NCBI GenBank assembly: GCA_002719295.1
Contig: PBHC01000012.1
Span: 133,212 to 197,211 of the forward strand
DNA length: 64,000 nt
Direction: 5' to 3'
Origin: Chloroflexota bacterium
GTDB taxonomy: Bacteria > Chloroflexota > Dehalococcoidia > Lucifugimonadales > Lucifugimonadaceae
This document shows, piece by piece, positions 21,002 to 30,212 of this stretch (the first letter of the stretch is position 1; each line of letters starts with the position of its first letter). The position numbers and the translations under genes were made by a program. Below the pieces are notes generated by a model, which saw only the letters and a program-made list of their open reading frames with translations, was not told where the DNA came from and ran no database searches.

Positions 21002-21448
21002 ATGGATATTGAAAATAACGATATTACTAACTTGTTCTCATTTGTAGATACAATTATACCTTCTGATGAATCTATGCCATCAGCTTCAGAAATAATCTCT
21101 TCTGAAGATTTGAAATGGATATTAGAAAATAATAATAAATATATTGATTCAATAAAAGATTGCTTGAATTTTATAAAAAAAGAACCTTCAACTAGAGTTG
21201 TTGGAGGAATTCAAGAATTGAATGAAGATCATAGGATTGAAATATTAAATTTAATGCAATCAATTATTCCTGATCAGTTCAATTTATTAATAGAAGCTAT
21301 CTATCTTCTATACTACTCAAAAGAAAAAGTTCATGAAATTATTGGATGGAATACAGATGAATCATCTGATGAAAATAAAATGATTCCTTTTGATAGAACT
21401 ATTCTTGAAAATGTAAAAAAAAGAGAACCTTTTTGGAAAAAAGTTTAG
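21002..21448 (+). CDS. gluconate 2-dehydrogenase subunit 3-like partner of the GMC enzyme
   Basis: DTIIPSD..MPSAS and YYS...V...IGW; 1 nt after the GMC gene. Confidence 0.7.
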   Translation: MDIENNDITNLFSFVDTIIPSDESMPSASEIISSEDLKWILENNNKYIDSIKDCLNFIKKEPSTRVVGGIQELNEDHRIEILNLMQSIIPDQFNLLIEAIYLLYYSKEKVHEIIGWNTDESSDENKMIPFDRTILENVKKREPFWKKV

Positions 21449-23067
21449 TTTACTTGGGATCTTCTAAGAACTTTTCCGGGTGTTTTTTTTGTATGTTTTC
21501 CTTCAGAAACAACTAATTCTCCATTTACTAGAACATATTCAATTCCCTCTGAATATTGATGAGGATTTTCAAATGTAGCCTTGTCTGAAACTGTATTTGG
21601 ATTAAAAATTGTTATATCAGCAACATAATTTTTTTTGATTACACCTCTTTGTTTTAGGCCTAATCTCCAAGCAGGAAAGCCTGTCATTTTATAAATAGCT
21701 TCCTCAAGTGATAACTTAGATCTATTTTCTCTTATATATCTTCCTAGAATTCTTGGGAAAGTCCCATAAAATCTTGGGTGCGGCTTCCCATCTTTATAGA
21801 ATCCATTTTTTGAGACGGCATTCCCATCTGATCCAAACATTGCTAATCTATGATCCATAAAACATTGTATATCCTCTTCAACTCTATTATGAAAAATCAC
21901 TGAAACTACAGCTTGCTCTTCCTCAGTAAGTTGCATAATAGTTTCACCTATATCTAAGTTTCTTTGTTTAGCTATTTCTTCTATAGAAAGTCCTATAATA
22001 TTTTTATTTTGAGGATTTTTTACAGATGATATGACAATAGTTTCCCACTTCTGAGGTAATCCATCTATACCATCCATTGTTTCTTTTTTAATTTTCTCTC
22101 TTAGCTTAGGGTTTTTTAATCTTTCTAAAAACTCTTCAATTCCTCCTGAATGAGACCATAATGGCATAGTTTGATCTAAACCTGCGCCAGCTGCAGTGTA
22201 TGGATACATATCATAAGTTATATCAAGTCCTTTTTTTTCAGCATCTTCAAAAACTTTGTGCATTTTAGAACCTTCACCATAATATCGCCAATCAGTAATG
22301 GCTAAGTGAGAAAATTGCACTGAAATATTACTTTTGATCCCTATTTCTACAGCTTCTTCTATTTTTGAAATATGCCTTCCTGCCCCTTCTCTGGCATGAG
22401 TAACATAAAAAACATTGTCATAATGTGAAATAGATTTACAAATTTCTATTATTTCTTCAGTGCTAGCAAATGCAGATGGAGGCACAGATAATCCTGTAGA
22501 TAGTGAAAAAGCACCCTGTTCAATAGACTCATTTGCCAATTTTTTCATTTTTTTTAGTTCGTCTTCTGTAGCTCTTCTGTTTTCTACTGAACCTGAAGCA
22601 ATTTGTAATGCGGCATAGCCAACTTGAGGGGCAATATTTAAGCTTGTTTGTTTTTCCTGAAGGTAGTTTGCATATTCATCAAAATTTGTCCATTTCCAAA
22701 CAGTCGCAGGGTCATCAGCATTTCCTCTTTTCTCCCATAGTTCTTCTTTTAAGGTATTGGGATCATCATTTCCTGAAGGGAACGGCGAATAACTACAATT
22801 CCCTGTTACTTCAGTTGTAACACCTTGGTATATTTTACTTTCATTGTAAGGGTCATTGATAACTGAAATATCTGAATGTGTATGAATATCTATAAAACCA
22901 GGAGAAATTATAAGATCTGATGCATCTATTATTTTTTTTGCTGTGATATTTTCAAGAAAACCTATTTCTTGAATTTTATTATTTCTTATTCCGATATCAG
23001 ATTTGAATTTCGGTTTATTTGTTCCGTCAACAATATTTCCGTTTTTAATTATTATGTCGAAGTTCAA
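21445..23067 (-). CDS. N-acyl-D-amino-acid deacylase
   Basis: PGFIDIHTHSD, GNCS, YPY.A, GSDG, HPRFYGTFPR. Confidence 0.92.
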   Translation of the reverse strand: MNFDIIIKNGNIVDGTNKPKFKSDIGIRNNKIQEIGFLENITAKKIIDASDLIISPGFIDIHTHSDISVINDPYNESKIYQGVTTEVTGNCSYSPFPSGNDDPNTLKEELWEKRGNADDPATVWKWTNFDEYANYLQEKQTSLNIAPQVGYAALQIASGSVENRRATEDELKKMKKLANESIEQGAFSLSTGLSVPPSAFASTEEIIEICKSISHYDNVFYVTHAREGAGRHISKIEEAVEIGIKSNISVQFSHLAITDWRYYGEGSKMHKVFEDAEKKGLDITYDMYPYTAAGAGLDQTMPLWSHSGGIEEFLERLKNPKLREKIKKETMDGIDGLPQKWETIVISSVKNPQNKNIIGLSIEEIAKQRNLDIGETIMQLTEEEQAVVSVIFHNRVEEDIQCFMDHRLAMFGSDGNAVSKNGFYKDGKPHPRFYGTFPRILGRYIRENRSKLSLEEAIYKMTGFPAWRLGLKQRGVIKKNYVADITIFNPNTVSDKATFENPHQYSEGIEYVLVNGELVVSEGKHTKKTPGKVLRRSQVN

Positions 23068-23192
23068 TATATTAGCCTTCTAATTTATAAGTTGATTTCT
23101 AATTTTTATATCTTTTTTTCAATTAATAATCTATATAGTTTTTTTATGGTTGTAAGAGTTTATTGTTGTAAAATTAAAGAATCTAAACTTAT

Positions 23193-23230
23193 GCCCCTGT
23201 AGATCAGAGGATAGAGCTCCGGTTTCCTAA
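23193..23230 (+). pseudogene. 5' half of tRNA-Arg(CCT)
   Basis: 36/38 identity to nt 1-38 of the intact tRNA at 25624-25699, inverted orientation; similarity ends in the anticodon loop. Confidence 0.85.
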
Positions 23231-23366
23231 TCCTCTTCTCAATTGCATATTTCAAAAGAGGGGATATTGTATTTTTTACTCTTACCTTTTGGTTTAGCTC
23301 TAACTCATCAAAGAATCTTTGAATAGTAGCTGTTTTTATTTTATTTTGTAATAAAGTTTTATAAAC
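23231..23366 (-). pseudogene. possible tyrosine integrase N-terminal (core-binding) remnant
   Basis: Start-less frame IKTATIQRFFDELELNQKVRVKNTISPLLKYAIEKRI running into the tRNA half; pattern resembles integrase SAM-like helices. Confidence 0.45.
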
Positions 23367-23445
23367 TCAAAAAATAAGTCATTAGCATAAAAAAAAATTA
23401 AAACGTAAATGTATATTATTAATAAATATACAAATCTTAGGAAAT

Positions 23446-24567
23446 ATGAGTAAAACAGGTATATCAGCCGTATGGCACGCATCAGATAAAAGCTGGGAGC
23501 TTAGAGAGCTTCCATTACCCAAACTTGAAAATGACGGAATTCAAATAAGAGTAAAAGCAACTAGTGTATGCGGGTCAGATTTACATGTATGGAGAGGCGA
23601 TGGATTAGATAAAGATGCTCCTCCTCCTGATCCAATGGTATTTGGTCATGAAATGATGGGAGTAGTTGCAGCTTTAGGTGGAAAAATCAAAACTGATTCA
23701 CTTAGAAGGCCTTTAAAAGAAGGAGATAGAGTTGCATATTCTTATTTTTTCCCATGTGCAAAATGCTATAACTGCATTAGAGGGGAATTTGGAGCTTGTA
23801 AATTTAGAATGGGGAGAAAACCTTTGGATGAATTCCCGTACTGTAACGGTGGATTTGCACAATATTATTACTTAAGAAGCCCTCAATACGTATTTAAACT
23901 TCCAGATAGTATAAGCGACGCTGCAGCAGCTCCGATAAATTGTGCATTGGCTCAAGTTTATGAAGCTCTTCATCTTGGAGGAGTAAGACTAGGGGACAAT
24001 ATTGTAATTCAAGGAGCAGGTGGACTTGGAGTTAACGCAACTGCAGTCGCAAAAGAATTGGGCGCATCTAAGATAATTGTAATTGATGGTCAAAAACCTA
24101 GATTAGACTTGGCTATAAAATGTGGAGCAACTCACACTATAGATATGAATGAGTTCCGTACTGCTGAATCTAGAATTGAAAGAGTTATGGAATTAACTGG
24201 TGGGATTGGAGCTGATAAAGTAGTGGAAGTTGTGGGATTCCCTTCTGCTGTTGAAGAAGGAATAAAAATGGTAAGAATGAGAGGAATTTACCTAGAAGTA
24301 GGACATATTTCTCCAAACTCATTTGCATCAATCGATGTTACAGGATTAGTTTCTAATCAAATAAGGTTTTATGGTATTCAACACTATGACCCTTGGATCA
24401 TTCCAAATGCGATAGATTTTATAGAAAGAACTAAAGATAAATATCCTTTGACTAATGTAATTTCTCACGAATTTCCAATTGAAAAAATTGACGAAGCTTT
24501 TAAAACTGCTGAGTGGATAGGAACCCAATCAGGTAGTGAAGTTACCAGAGCAATAGTTACTCCATAA
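23446..24567 (+). CDS. zinc-dependent alcohol dehydrogenase (MDR family)
   Basis: CGSDLH, GHE, CAKCYNC...C, GAGGLG. Confidence 0.93.
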   Translation: MSKTGISAVWHASDKSWELRELPLPKLENDGIQIRVKATSVCGSDLHVWRGDGLDKDAPPPDPMVFGHEMMGVVAALGGKIKTDSLRRPLKEGDRVAYSYFFPCAKCYNCIRGEFGACKFRMGRKPLDEFPYCNGGFAQYYYLRSPQYVFKLPDSISDAAAAPINCALAQVYEALHLGGVRLGDNIVIQGAGGLGVNATAVAKELGASKIIVIDGQKPRLDLAIKCGATHTIDMNEFRTAESRIERVMELTGGIGADKVVEVVGFPSAVEEGIKMVRMRGIYLEVGHISPNSFASIDVTGLVSNQIRFYGIQHYDPWIIPNAIDFIERTKDKYPLTNVISHEFPIEKIDEAFKTAEWIGTQSGSEVTRAIVTP

Positions 24568-24568
24568 G

Positions 24569-24814
24569 TTATTTTCTAGACTTGTATTCATCAGTCTCAT
24601 ATGAATAATCGGAAAGTTCGCATACCTTCCCATTTGGAGTTTCTACACAATTAGTCTTACTTTTAGGAAGATCATATAGGTCATACATAAGAATCTGAGT
24701 CATAAAAAAATAAATAACAAATAATGCAATAGCTATCAATAAAATATTTTTTTTACTTAATGTAAATAAGTTAATCTCAAATAGGTATTTTAGATGTAAA
24801 AGGTTTTTTATCAA
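24569..24814 (-). CDS. small single-TM hypothetical protein
   Basis: KKNILLIAIALFVIYFF TM segment followed by a C-x8-C loop; start uncertain. Confidence 0.55.
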   Translation of the reverse strand: MIKNLLHLKYLFEINLFTLSKKNILLIAIALFVIYFFMTQILMYDLYDLPKSKTNCVETPNGKVCELSDYSYETDEYKSRK

Positions 24815-24827
24815 AAACTTTTCCTGA

Positions 24828-25511
24828 TTAATTATTATATGTTTTAGGTACTACTTCTTCAAAATTTTTATGCTCATTATAAGGAATTATTTGAACATTA
24901 TTTACTTTTGGGTCAATAATCACTTCTTCTTCGCCCAATTGATTCAAATATAAAAAGGCATCTTTTCTAGAGATCCTTAAGCTTAAAAATCTATTATTCT
25001 TTGGTTCAGATTTAGATGCTTTGTTTCTATTATAATACCAAATAGCGATACCTCTATTGAGAGTCCAGGAGATACCATCAATAGAGCCTGCTCTATAAAC
25101 AATAAAGTTTCCTGTTGGTAAATATTTATAAAATTCCTCATTTTTTGGAAATAATTTGAATAAATCTATCCATTTATTAATATATTTGTGAAGTTTCAAA
25201 TGGGAATTAATCCAAGTATCGGACAACCATTCATCTAAAAGCATTACTTCATACTGTTTTTCTGAAAAATAGGTATAAAAAAGCCTTTCAATATCAATAT
25301 CTTCAAATGCTTCAGCAAAACTATCTACATTATTCATAAGACGTGTAAGTATAACTGTATCTCCAGACAGGTCAGCATTTCTTAATGCTTGTTCGCCTTC
25401 ACTTGATTTATAAATAATTCCTAGCACAAGCAGTAAATCTAAGTGCTTTTCAATGGGCATACTAAGGAATAATTTCACCCATTCTTCAATTTCATATGGC
25501 TTCTGACTCAT
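24828..25511 (-). CDS. hypothetical protein with putative ADP-ribosyltransferase (R-S-E) C-terminal domain
   Basis: IVYRA, ISWT and GEEEVII in canonical order. Confidence 0.6.
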   Translation of the reverse strand: MSQKPYEIEEWVKLFLSMPIEKHLDLLLVLGIIYKSSEGEQALRNADLSGDTVILTRLMNNVDSFAEAFEDIDIERLFYTYFSEKQYEVMLLDEWLSDTWINSHLKLHKYINKWIDLFKLFPKNEEFYKYLPTGNFIVYRAGSIDGISWTLNRGIAIWYYNRNKASKSEPKNNRFLSLRISRKDAFLYLNQLGEEEVIIDPKVNNVQIIPYNEHKNFEEVVPKTYNN

Positions 25512-25623
25512 AAAATAATTATATATGAATAAAACATAGTAAATTTATCTATTTTTATCTCAAATAAACTTAGATATTAGATCTATATAAAATAAAAAAT
25601 TATTTTATTTTTTAAAAAAAAAA

Positions 25624-25699
25624 TGGTACCCCTGCCGCGACTCGAACGCGGGACACCCGGTTTAGGAAACCGGTGCTCTATCCTCTGAGCTACAGGGGC
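25624..25699 (-). tRNA. tRNA-Arg(CCT)
   Basis: 76-nt cloverleaf GCCCCTG...CAGGGGT-A-CCA, anticodon loop TTCCTAA, T-loop GTTCGAG, encoded CCA. Confidence 0.98.
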
Positions 25700-25772
25700 A
25701 TAAACTCTAATAGCTTAATTTTATAACGAAAAATGTAAAAAACATGAGAAATTGTGTGGGAGTTAGTGTGGG

Positions 25773-26069
25773 ATGAGAATTGAATCAAGATTAATAGAAG
25801 ATAAATTAGAAGCAGTTTTACTAGATGGTGAAGAGATATTATGTATCTTCCCTAGAATCGAGGGCGAGGGAGAAACTAAAGTGAAAATTCCTGAGTTCAT
25901 AGTAAATTACAGGTGGAGATGCAAAATAATGATTGATAAACACATAAAGCCACCACAAATAATTCTTCCTCCTAAACCTAAGAAGCCAGAGAAAGTTGAA
26001 GTTTACTTATTGGCAATATTTATTTTGATTACTATGACTATAACTAATAAAACTTTTATTATTTCTTAA
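25773..26069 (+). CDS. hypothetical protein
   Basis: 98-aa ORF filling the gap between tRNA and fdh; Pro/Lys-rich segment and hydrophobic tail. Confidence 0.45.
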   Translation: MRIESRLIEDKLEAVLLDGEEILCIFPRIEGEGETKVKIPEFIVNYRWRCKIMIDKHIKPPQIILPPKPKKPEKVEVYLLAIFILITMTITNKTFIIS

Positions 26070-27255
26070 AGTTTGCAGCTTCTTCTGATCCACCAGTTGC
26101 ACTTCCTTTAGAATAGGAATGTGCTCCCATTCCAGCCAAGTCGCCATCCTCAACTATAAGATATTCATTTCTAATATTTTTTCCTTCAAAAAAACATTCT
26201 AGAATTTCTCTGACTCCAGCTGCATATCTAGCTTGAGCTGATAAAGATGTTCCACTGGTATGAGGTGTCATTCCATGATTTGGCATTTTTCTCCAAATAT
26301 GATCGTTGGGAGCTGGCTGAGGAAACCAAACATCTCCAGCATAACCACTAATGTGTCCAGATTCCAACGCTTTAGCCATTGCTTCTCTATTCACAATCTT
26401 GCCTCTTGCGGTATTTATAACATACGCACCTTTTTTACACTTACTAATAAGCTCTTCATCAAAAAGGTTTTCAGTTTCTGAGTGTAATGGACAACTTATG
26501 TTAATAACATCACAGACTGAAACTAAAGATTCTACAGTGTCATGAAAAGTTAAGTTTAATTCTTTTTCTTTTTCTATAGGTAATCTATGTCGATCATTGT
26601 AGTGTAGTTTCACGTCAAAAGGGTACATCTTTCTTAAGACATCGTATCCAATTCTTCCAGCTGCAATTGTTCCTACATTCATTCCTTCGACATCGTAAGA
26701 TCTCTTAACCGCATCAGCTATATGCCAACCACCATCATTAACTATTCTATGTTGATTATGATAATCTCTAACCATTGCTAGAATCATCATTACAATATGT
26801 TCAGATACTGATCTTGAATTACAATATGTAACTTCTACAACATCTACTTTATTATCAATAGCCGCTTGTAGATCAACATGATCAGAACCAATACCAGCTG
26901 TAATTGCCATTTTTAAGTTTTTTGCTGATTCAATTCTTTCTCTGGTTAGGTAATATGGCCAAAAAGGCTGAGAAATTACTATGTCTGCGTCTACTAACTC
27001 TTTATCCGCAATACACCCTTTTGAGTCTTTATCTGAAGTTACCACCAAAGTATGTCCATTTTCTTCTAAGAATTTTCTAAGACCTAACTCTCCTGAAACA
27101 CACCCTAGTAACTCACCGGGTTTAAAATCTATAGATTTTGGATTTGGTAATGTCATTCCATCAGGATATTTATCTAAATGAGGAAGTTCGCTCATAGGAT
27201 ATGACTCAGGCATTCCATCTGTTGGGTCATCATATAAAACACATAAAATTTTCAT
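26059..27255 (-). CDS. fdh: NAD-dependent formate dehydrogenase (metal-independent)
   Basis: LYDDP, GELLGCVSGELGLR, ISQPFWP, AAGRIG, NDRHR, NTARG, GDVWFPQP, MTPHTSG. Confidence 0.96.
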   Translation of the reverse strand: MKILCVLYDDPTDGMPESYPMSELPHLDKYPDGMTLPNPKSIDFKPGELLGCVSGELGLRKFLEENGHTLVVTSDKDSKGCIADKELVDADIVISQPFWPYYLTRERIESAKNLKMAITAGIGSDHVDLQAAIDNKVDVVEVTYCNSRSVSEHIVMMILAMVRDYHNQHRIVNDGGWHIADAVKRSYDVEGMNVGTIAAGRIGYDVLRKMYPFDVKLHYNDRHRLPIEKEKELNLTFHDTVESLVSVCDVINISCPLHSETENLFDEELISKCKKGAYVINTARGKIVNREAMAKALESGHISGYAGDVWFPQPAPNDHIWRKMPNHGMTPHTSGTSLSAQARYAAGVREILECFFEGKNIRNEYLIVEDGDLAGMGAHSYSKGSATGGSEEAANFKK

Positions 27256-27264
27256 AAATATTTC

Positions 27265-27735
27265 CTATCTAGCTATAAATTTATAAACCATTCCTTGGTC
27301 ATAATGACCTGCAGTATTACAAATAAAGGCATATGTTCCTGCTGGAAGATCATTTATTACAAGTTCTGCTGTTTCTCCAGGCTGAATACCTTCTATTTTT
27401 CCTAAAATATCAAGCTGACTTTCATCTGCCATTGATCCGTCCTCAGTTAATGCTAAATCTTCGTGTTTATTGTTATTTAGCAATACCAAATTATGTTCTA
27501 AGTTCCCATCATTTGTAAGAGTTAGTGTAAGTTCACCAGGTTTTATATGTTTCCCCATTTTATAGTTTGGGTCAACGTCAACATCCCACTCACTCATTGA
27601 TACATCAACTCTGCTTTTTGTGATTGTTTCTCCTTCATCACTTACTACCGTTTCGCCTTCAGTTGTGCTAGAGCAGCCAAGCGCTATTATTGAAATAATT
27701 GATAAATAACACAAACTTGATAAAACTTTTTTCAT
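27265..27735 (-). CDS. blue-copper cupredoxin lipoprotein (auracyanin/sulfocyanin-like)
   Basis: Lipobox IALGC; type-1 Cu ligands EHN...ICNTAGHYDQGM. Confidence 0.85.
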   Translation of the reverse strand: MKKVLSSLCYLSIISIIALGCSSTTEGETVVSDEGETITKSRVDVSMSEWDVDVDPNYKMGKHIKPGELTLTLTNDGNLEHNLVLLNNNKHEDLALTEDGSMADESQLDILGKIEGIQPGETAELVINDLPAGTYAFICNTAGHYDQGMVYKFIAR

Positions 27736-27828
27736 TTTTCTAACCTTTCTAATAATTAGATAAATTTTTTAGATTGATATTACTATTTTAAAAAATCTTT
27801 TTTTTTGATTTTTTTTTAATTTAAAACT

Positions 27829-27855
27829 GTCTTATTTAAAGTACTTTAATAAGAC
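27829..27855 (-). terminator. 27-bp near-perfect palindrome; possible terminator of the crt-AKR-HAD operon or an operator
   Basis: GTCTTATT-T-AAAGTACTTT-AATAAGAC, about 60 nt after the HAD stop, followed on minus strand by AGTTTT. Confidence 0.45.
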
Positions 27856-27916
27856 CCAAAATAGAGAATATTAATATCCGATATAATTGTCAACTAATTT
27901 GGTATAGAATTTTATT

Positions 27917-28624
27917 TTATTTTAATAATTGATGTAGTTCTAAAAAATTATTACATGAATAATTAAATTTGTTTTTTGGTTTTTCTTTAGCATTGCTTGA
28001 GTATTCAAATGGTCGATGAACATAAGCTGTTTTTAAGCCAGATTTTTCGGCTGCTAAAAGATCGTTTTCATGTGCTGCAACTAACATAACTTCATTTGTT
28101 TCAAGACCTAAATATTCTGTTGCTTTTTTATATACATATTCATTTGGCTTATATTTTAAGAACATATCTCCTGAAAAAATAAAATCCCAAGATAATTTAG
28201 AATATTTACTCATATTTAGAAGTAATGAAAAATTCCCATTTGAAAGCGTACCAATACTAAATTTATTTTTTAGTAATGCAAGTCCTTCAACTGAATCTTC
28301 CCACGGATCTAATTGATGCCAAATTTGATTCAATTTATCGATTGAGTGATCATTCATTTTATCGATTAATTTAAAATCTTTGAGTAATTTTATTAATTTG
28401 TTCTTATGAATTTCATCAACTATTTTCCAGGTTTGATTTTGATCATTAAATTCTTTGATGTAATCTGAGTATCCTTTTCTCCATTCTGTAGCAAAACTTT
28501 CTAGATCAGAATCTGATAAATCTTCAGGTAAAAAAGAGTTTAATCTTCTAGTTATTGTTTTTCTCCAATCAACTACGGTGCCAAAAACATCAAAAATCAA
28601 GGCTTTTATCTTTTTATCACTCAT
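27917..28624 (-). CDS. haloacid dehalogenase type II
   Basis: FDVFGTVVDWR, LSNGN, YKP, LVAAHENDL. Confidence 0.9.
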   Translation of the reverse strand: MSDKKIKALIFDVFGTVVDWRKTITRRLNSFLPEDLSDSDLESFATEWRKGYSDYIKEFNDQNQTWKIVDEIHKNKLIKLLKDFKLIDKMNDHSIDKLNQIWHQLDPWEDSVEGLALLKNKFSIGTLSNGNFSLLLNMSKYSKLSWDFIFSGDMFLKYKPNEYVYKKATEYLGLETNEVMLVAAHENDLLAAEKSGLKTAYVHRPFEYSSNAKEKPKNKFNYSCNNFLELHQLLK

Positions 28625-29491
28625 TTAAATAAATATTTCCTCTCTTGATCCTATAGAAGTTTCAACTTTTGCCATATTTTTTAGAATTTCTATTTCAACT
28701 TCATTTATTTTAGAGTATGATTCAACAGCTTTAATACCTTTTAAAAATAGATCAGGATCACCAGGCGGTAAGAAAGATGTGATATTACGAGATAATGCAA
28801 ATCTAACTGCTAAATTAATATTTTTTATATCTGAAAGTGGTTTATACCAACAATTCTTATAACTTAATTCTCTTTCTTTTTGAGAATTCCATTGTCTATC
28901 TGCCATTACTTTTAAAGCTAAAACAGAAACTCCTAGTTGATTACATTCATCAATTATTTCCACTCCAAAATTATGATTCAATATTAATTTCCAATTTATG
29001 GGAATTAGTATTGAATCAAATGAAAAGGTTTTTAATAATAATTTAGCAACTTCTATGGAATGACATGAAAATCCTATATTATTAATTTTTCCTTCTTTTT
29101 TTGCTTTTTCTAAAGTTTCCAGCGCTCCATTTTTGCCAATTACTTTTTCATAATCTTCTTTTGTTTTCATTCCATGTAATTGATAAAGGTCAAAATAATC
29201 TGTTTTTAAGGTTTGTAATGAATCTTCTAAATCTTTATTTGAATCCTTTAGAGTTCTAGATTTTGTTTTACATGCTAGAAAAACATTATTTCTTTTATTC
29301 TTCAATCCTTCTCCCATTAGTTTTTGCGCATCACCATATCCAGGAGCGACATCAAAATAATTAACGCCTTTATCAAGTGCTAAGTTTATAATTTTTGAGG
29401 ATTCTTTTAAACCTAAGCCTTTAATAGATATCCCACCTAATCCAACGACAGAAAGCTTTTTTTTATTTTTCCCGTAATTTCTATAAAGCAT
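28625..29491 (-). CDS. aldo/keto reductase
   Basis: GLGG, YFDVAPGYG, LACKT, DLYQLH, IGFSCH. Confidence 0.92.
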   Translation of the reverse strand: MLYRNYGKNKKKLSVVGLGGISIKGLGLKESSKIINLALDKGVNYFDVAPGYGDAQKLMGEGLKNKRNNVFLACKTKSRTLKDSNKDLEDSLQTLKTDYFDLYQLHGMKTKEDYEKVIGKNGALETLEKAKKEGKINNIGFSCHSIEVAKLLLKTFSFDSILIPINWKLILNHNFGVEIIDECNQLGVSVLALKVMADRQWNSQKERELSYKNCWYKPLSDIKNINLAVRFALSRNITSFLPPGDPDLFLKGIKAVESYSKINEVEIEILKNMAKVETSIGSREEIFI

Positions 29492-30212
29492 TTGATTTTC
29501 TTTTTCTTTGTTTAAAAAACAATAAACAATTTAATAATACTAATACAATCCCTAGTGCAGCTGGAAAATAAATTTCGTTTATAAATCCTATTATTGAAAA
29601 AAAAGAAATAACTAAAATAGATATGATCCTACTTGGGGTTTCTACTGTTTGTTTTGAAAAATTTAAAAGAATAAATATTGGAATGGATAAAATAAACCAT
29701 CCAAGAAAATTATGATTTGGGATTGAGTAATATGGGCCTTCTTCATTCCAAATCCAAATTTCTAAACCATGCACTGCGATAGGATCTATTACTAAGTCAA
29801 TGATTACCATTATTATTGAGCCATAAATTATAAAAAATTTATTTCTAATATTTTGAATGAAACTGAAGCTAAAATTTACTATTATTATCCATGCAGAAAT
29901 CATTACAATAGGTACTGAAAAAAGTTTTAGATTAAATACATCACTATAATTATAAGAACCAAACAATATCCCTATTTTTACTCCTAAAACTTCGTAAAAA
30001 AATCCTATAATTCCAATACAAATAAGAAAACATAACAATTTTCCTTTTGAAAACATTAGAACCAATAAACTTCCTACTATCATAAATAAATTTGGAGCCC
30101 ATGAAGGAGTATTTTTTATAATTCCTATTTCAGCTAAAATACCACCCATCAATAAAGTTATAAAAAATGAAAACCCTGCATATTCAAATATTTTTTTTAT
30201 TTTTTTAGGCAT
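29481..30212 (-). CDS. cruF: carotenoid 1,2-hydratase-like membrane protein (CruF family)
   Basis: E.LGVK.G..FGSYNY, VP...ISAW, DLVIDP, IP.HNFLGW; located in crt cluster. Confidence 0.8.
   Translation of the reverse strand: MPKKIKKIFEYAGFSFFITLLMGGILAEIGIIKNTPSWAPNLFMIVGSLLVLMFSKGKLLCFLICIGIIGFFYEVLGVKIGILFGSYNYSDVFNLKLFSVPIVMISAWIIIVNFSFSFIQNIRNKFFIIYGSIIMVIIDLVIDPIAVHGLEIWIWNEEGPYYSIPNHNFLGWFILSIPIFILLNFSKQTVETPSRIISILVISFFSIIGFINEIYFPAALGIVLVLLNCLLFFKQRKRKSNAL

Noticed and set aside
23308..23322. Palindrome TCAAAGA-A-TCTTTGA upstream of the ADH gene
   Set aside because: Short, AT-rich and inside the integrase-like remnant; cannot be distinguished from chance
23231..23445. Group I intron interrupting tRNA-Arg(CCT)
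   Set aside because: No downstream 3' exon and no recognisable intron core; the region is short and AT-rich
25754..25773. GTGTGGGA direct repeat resembling MraZ sites
   Set aside because: Only two copies with a 12-bp period and no mraZ/dcw genes nearby
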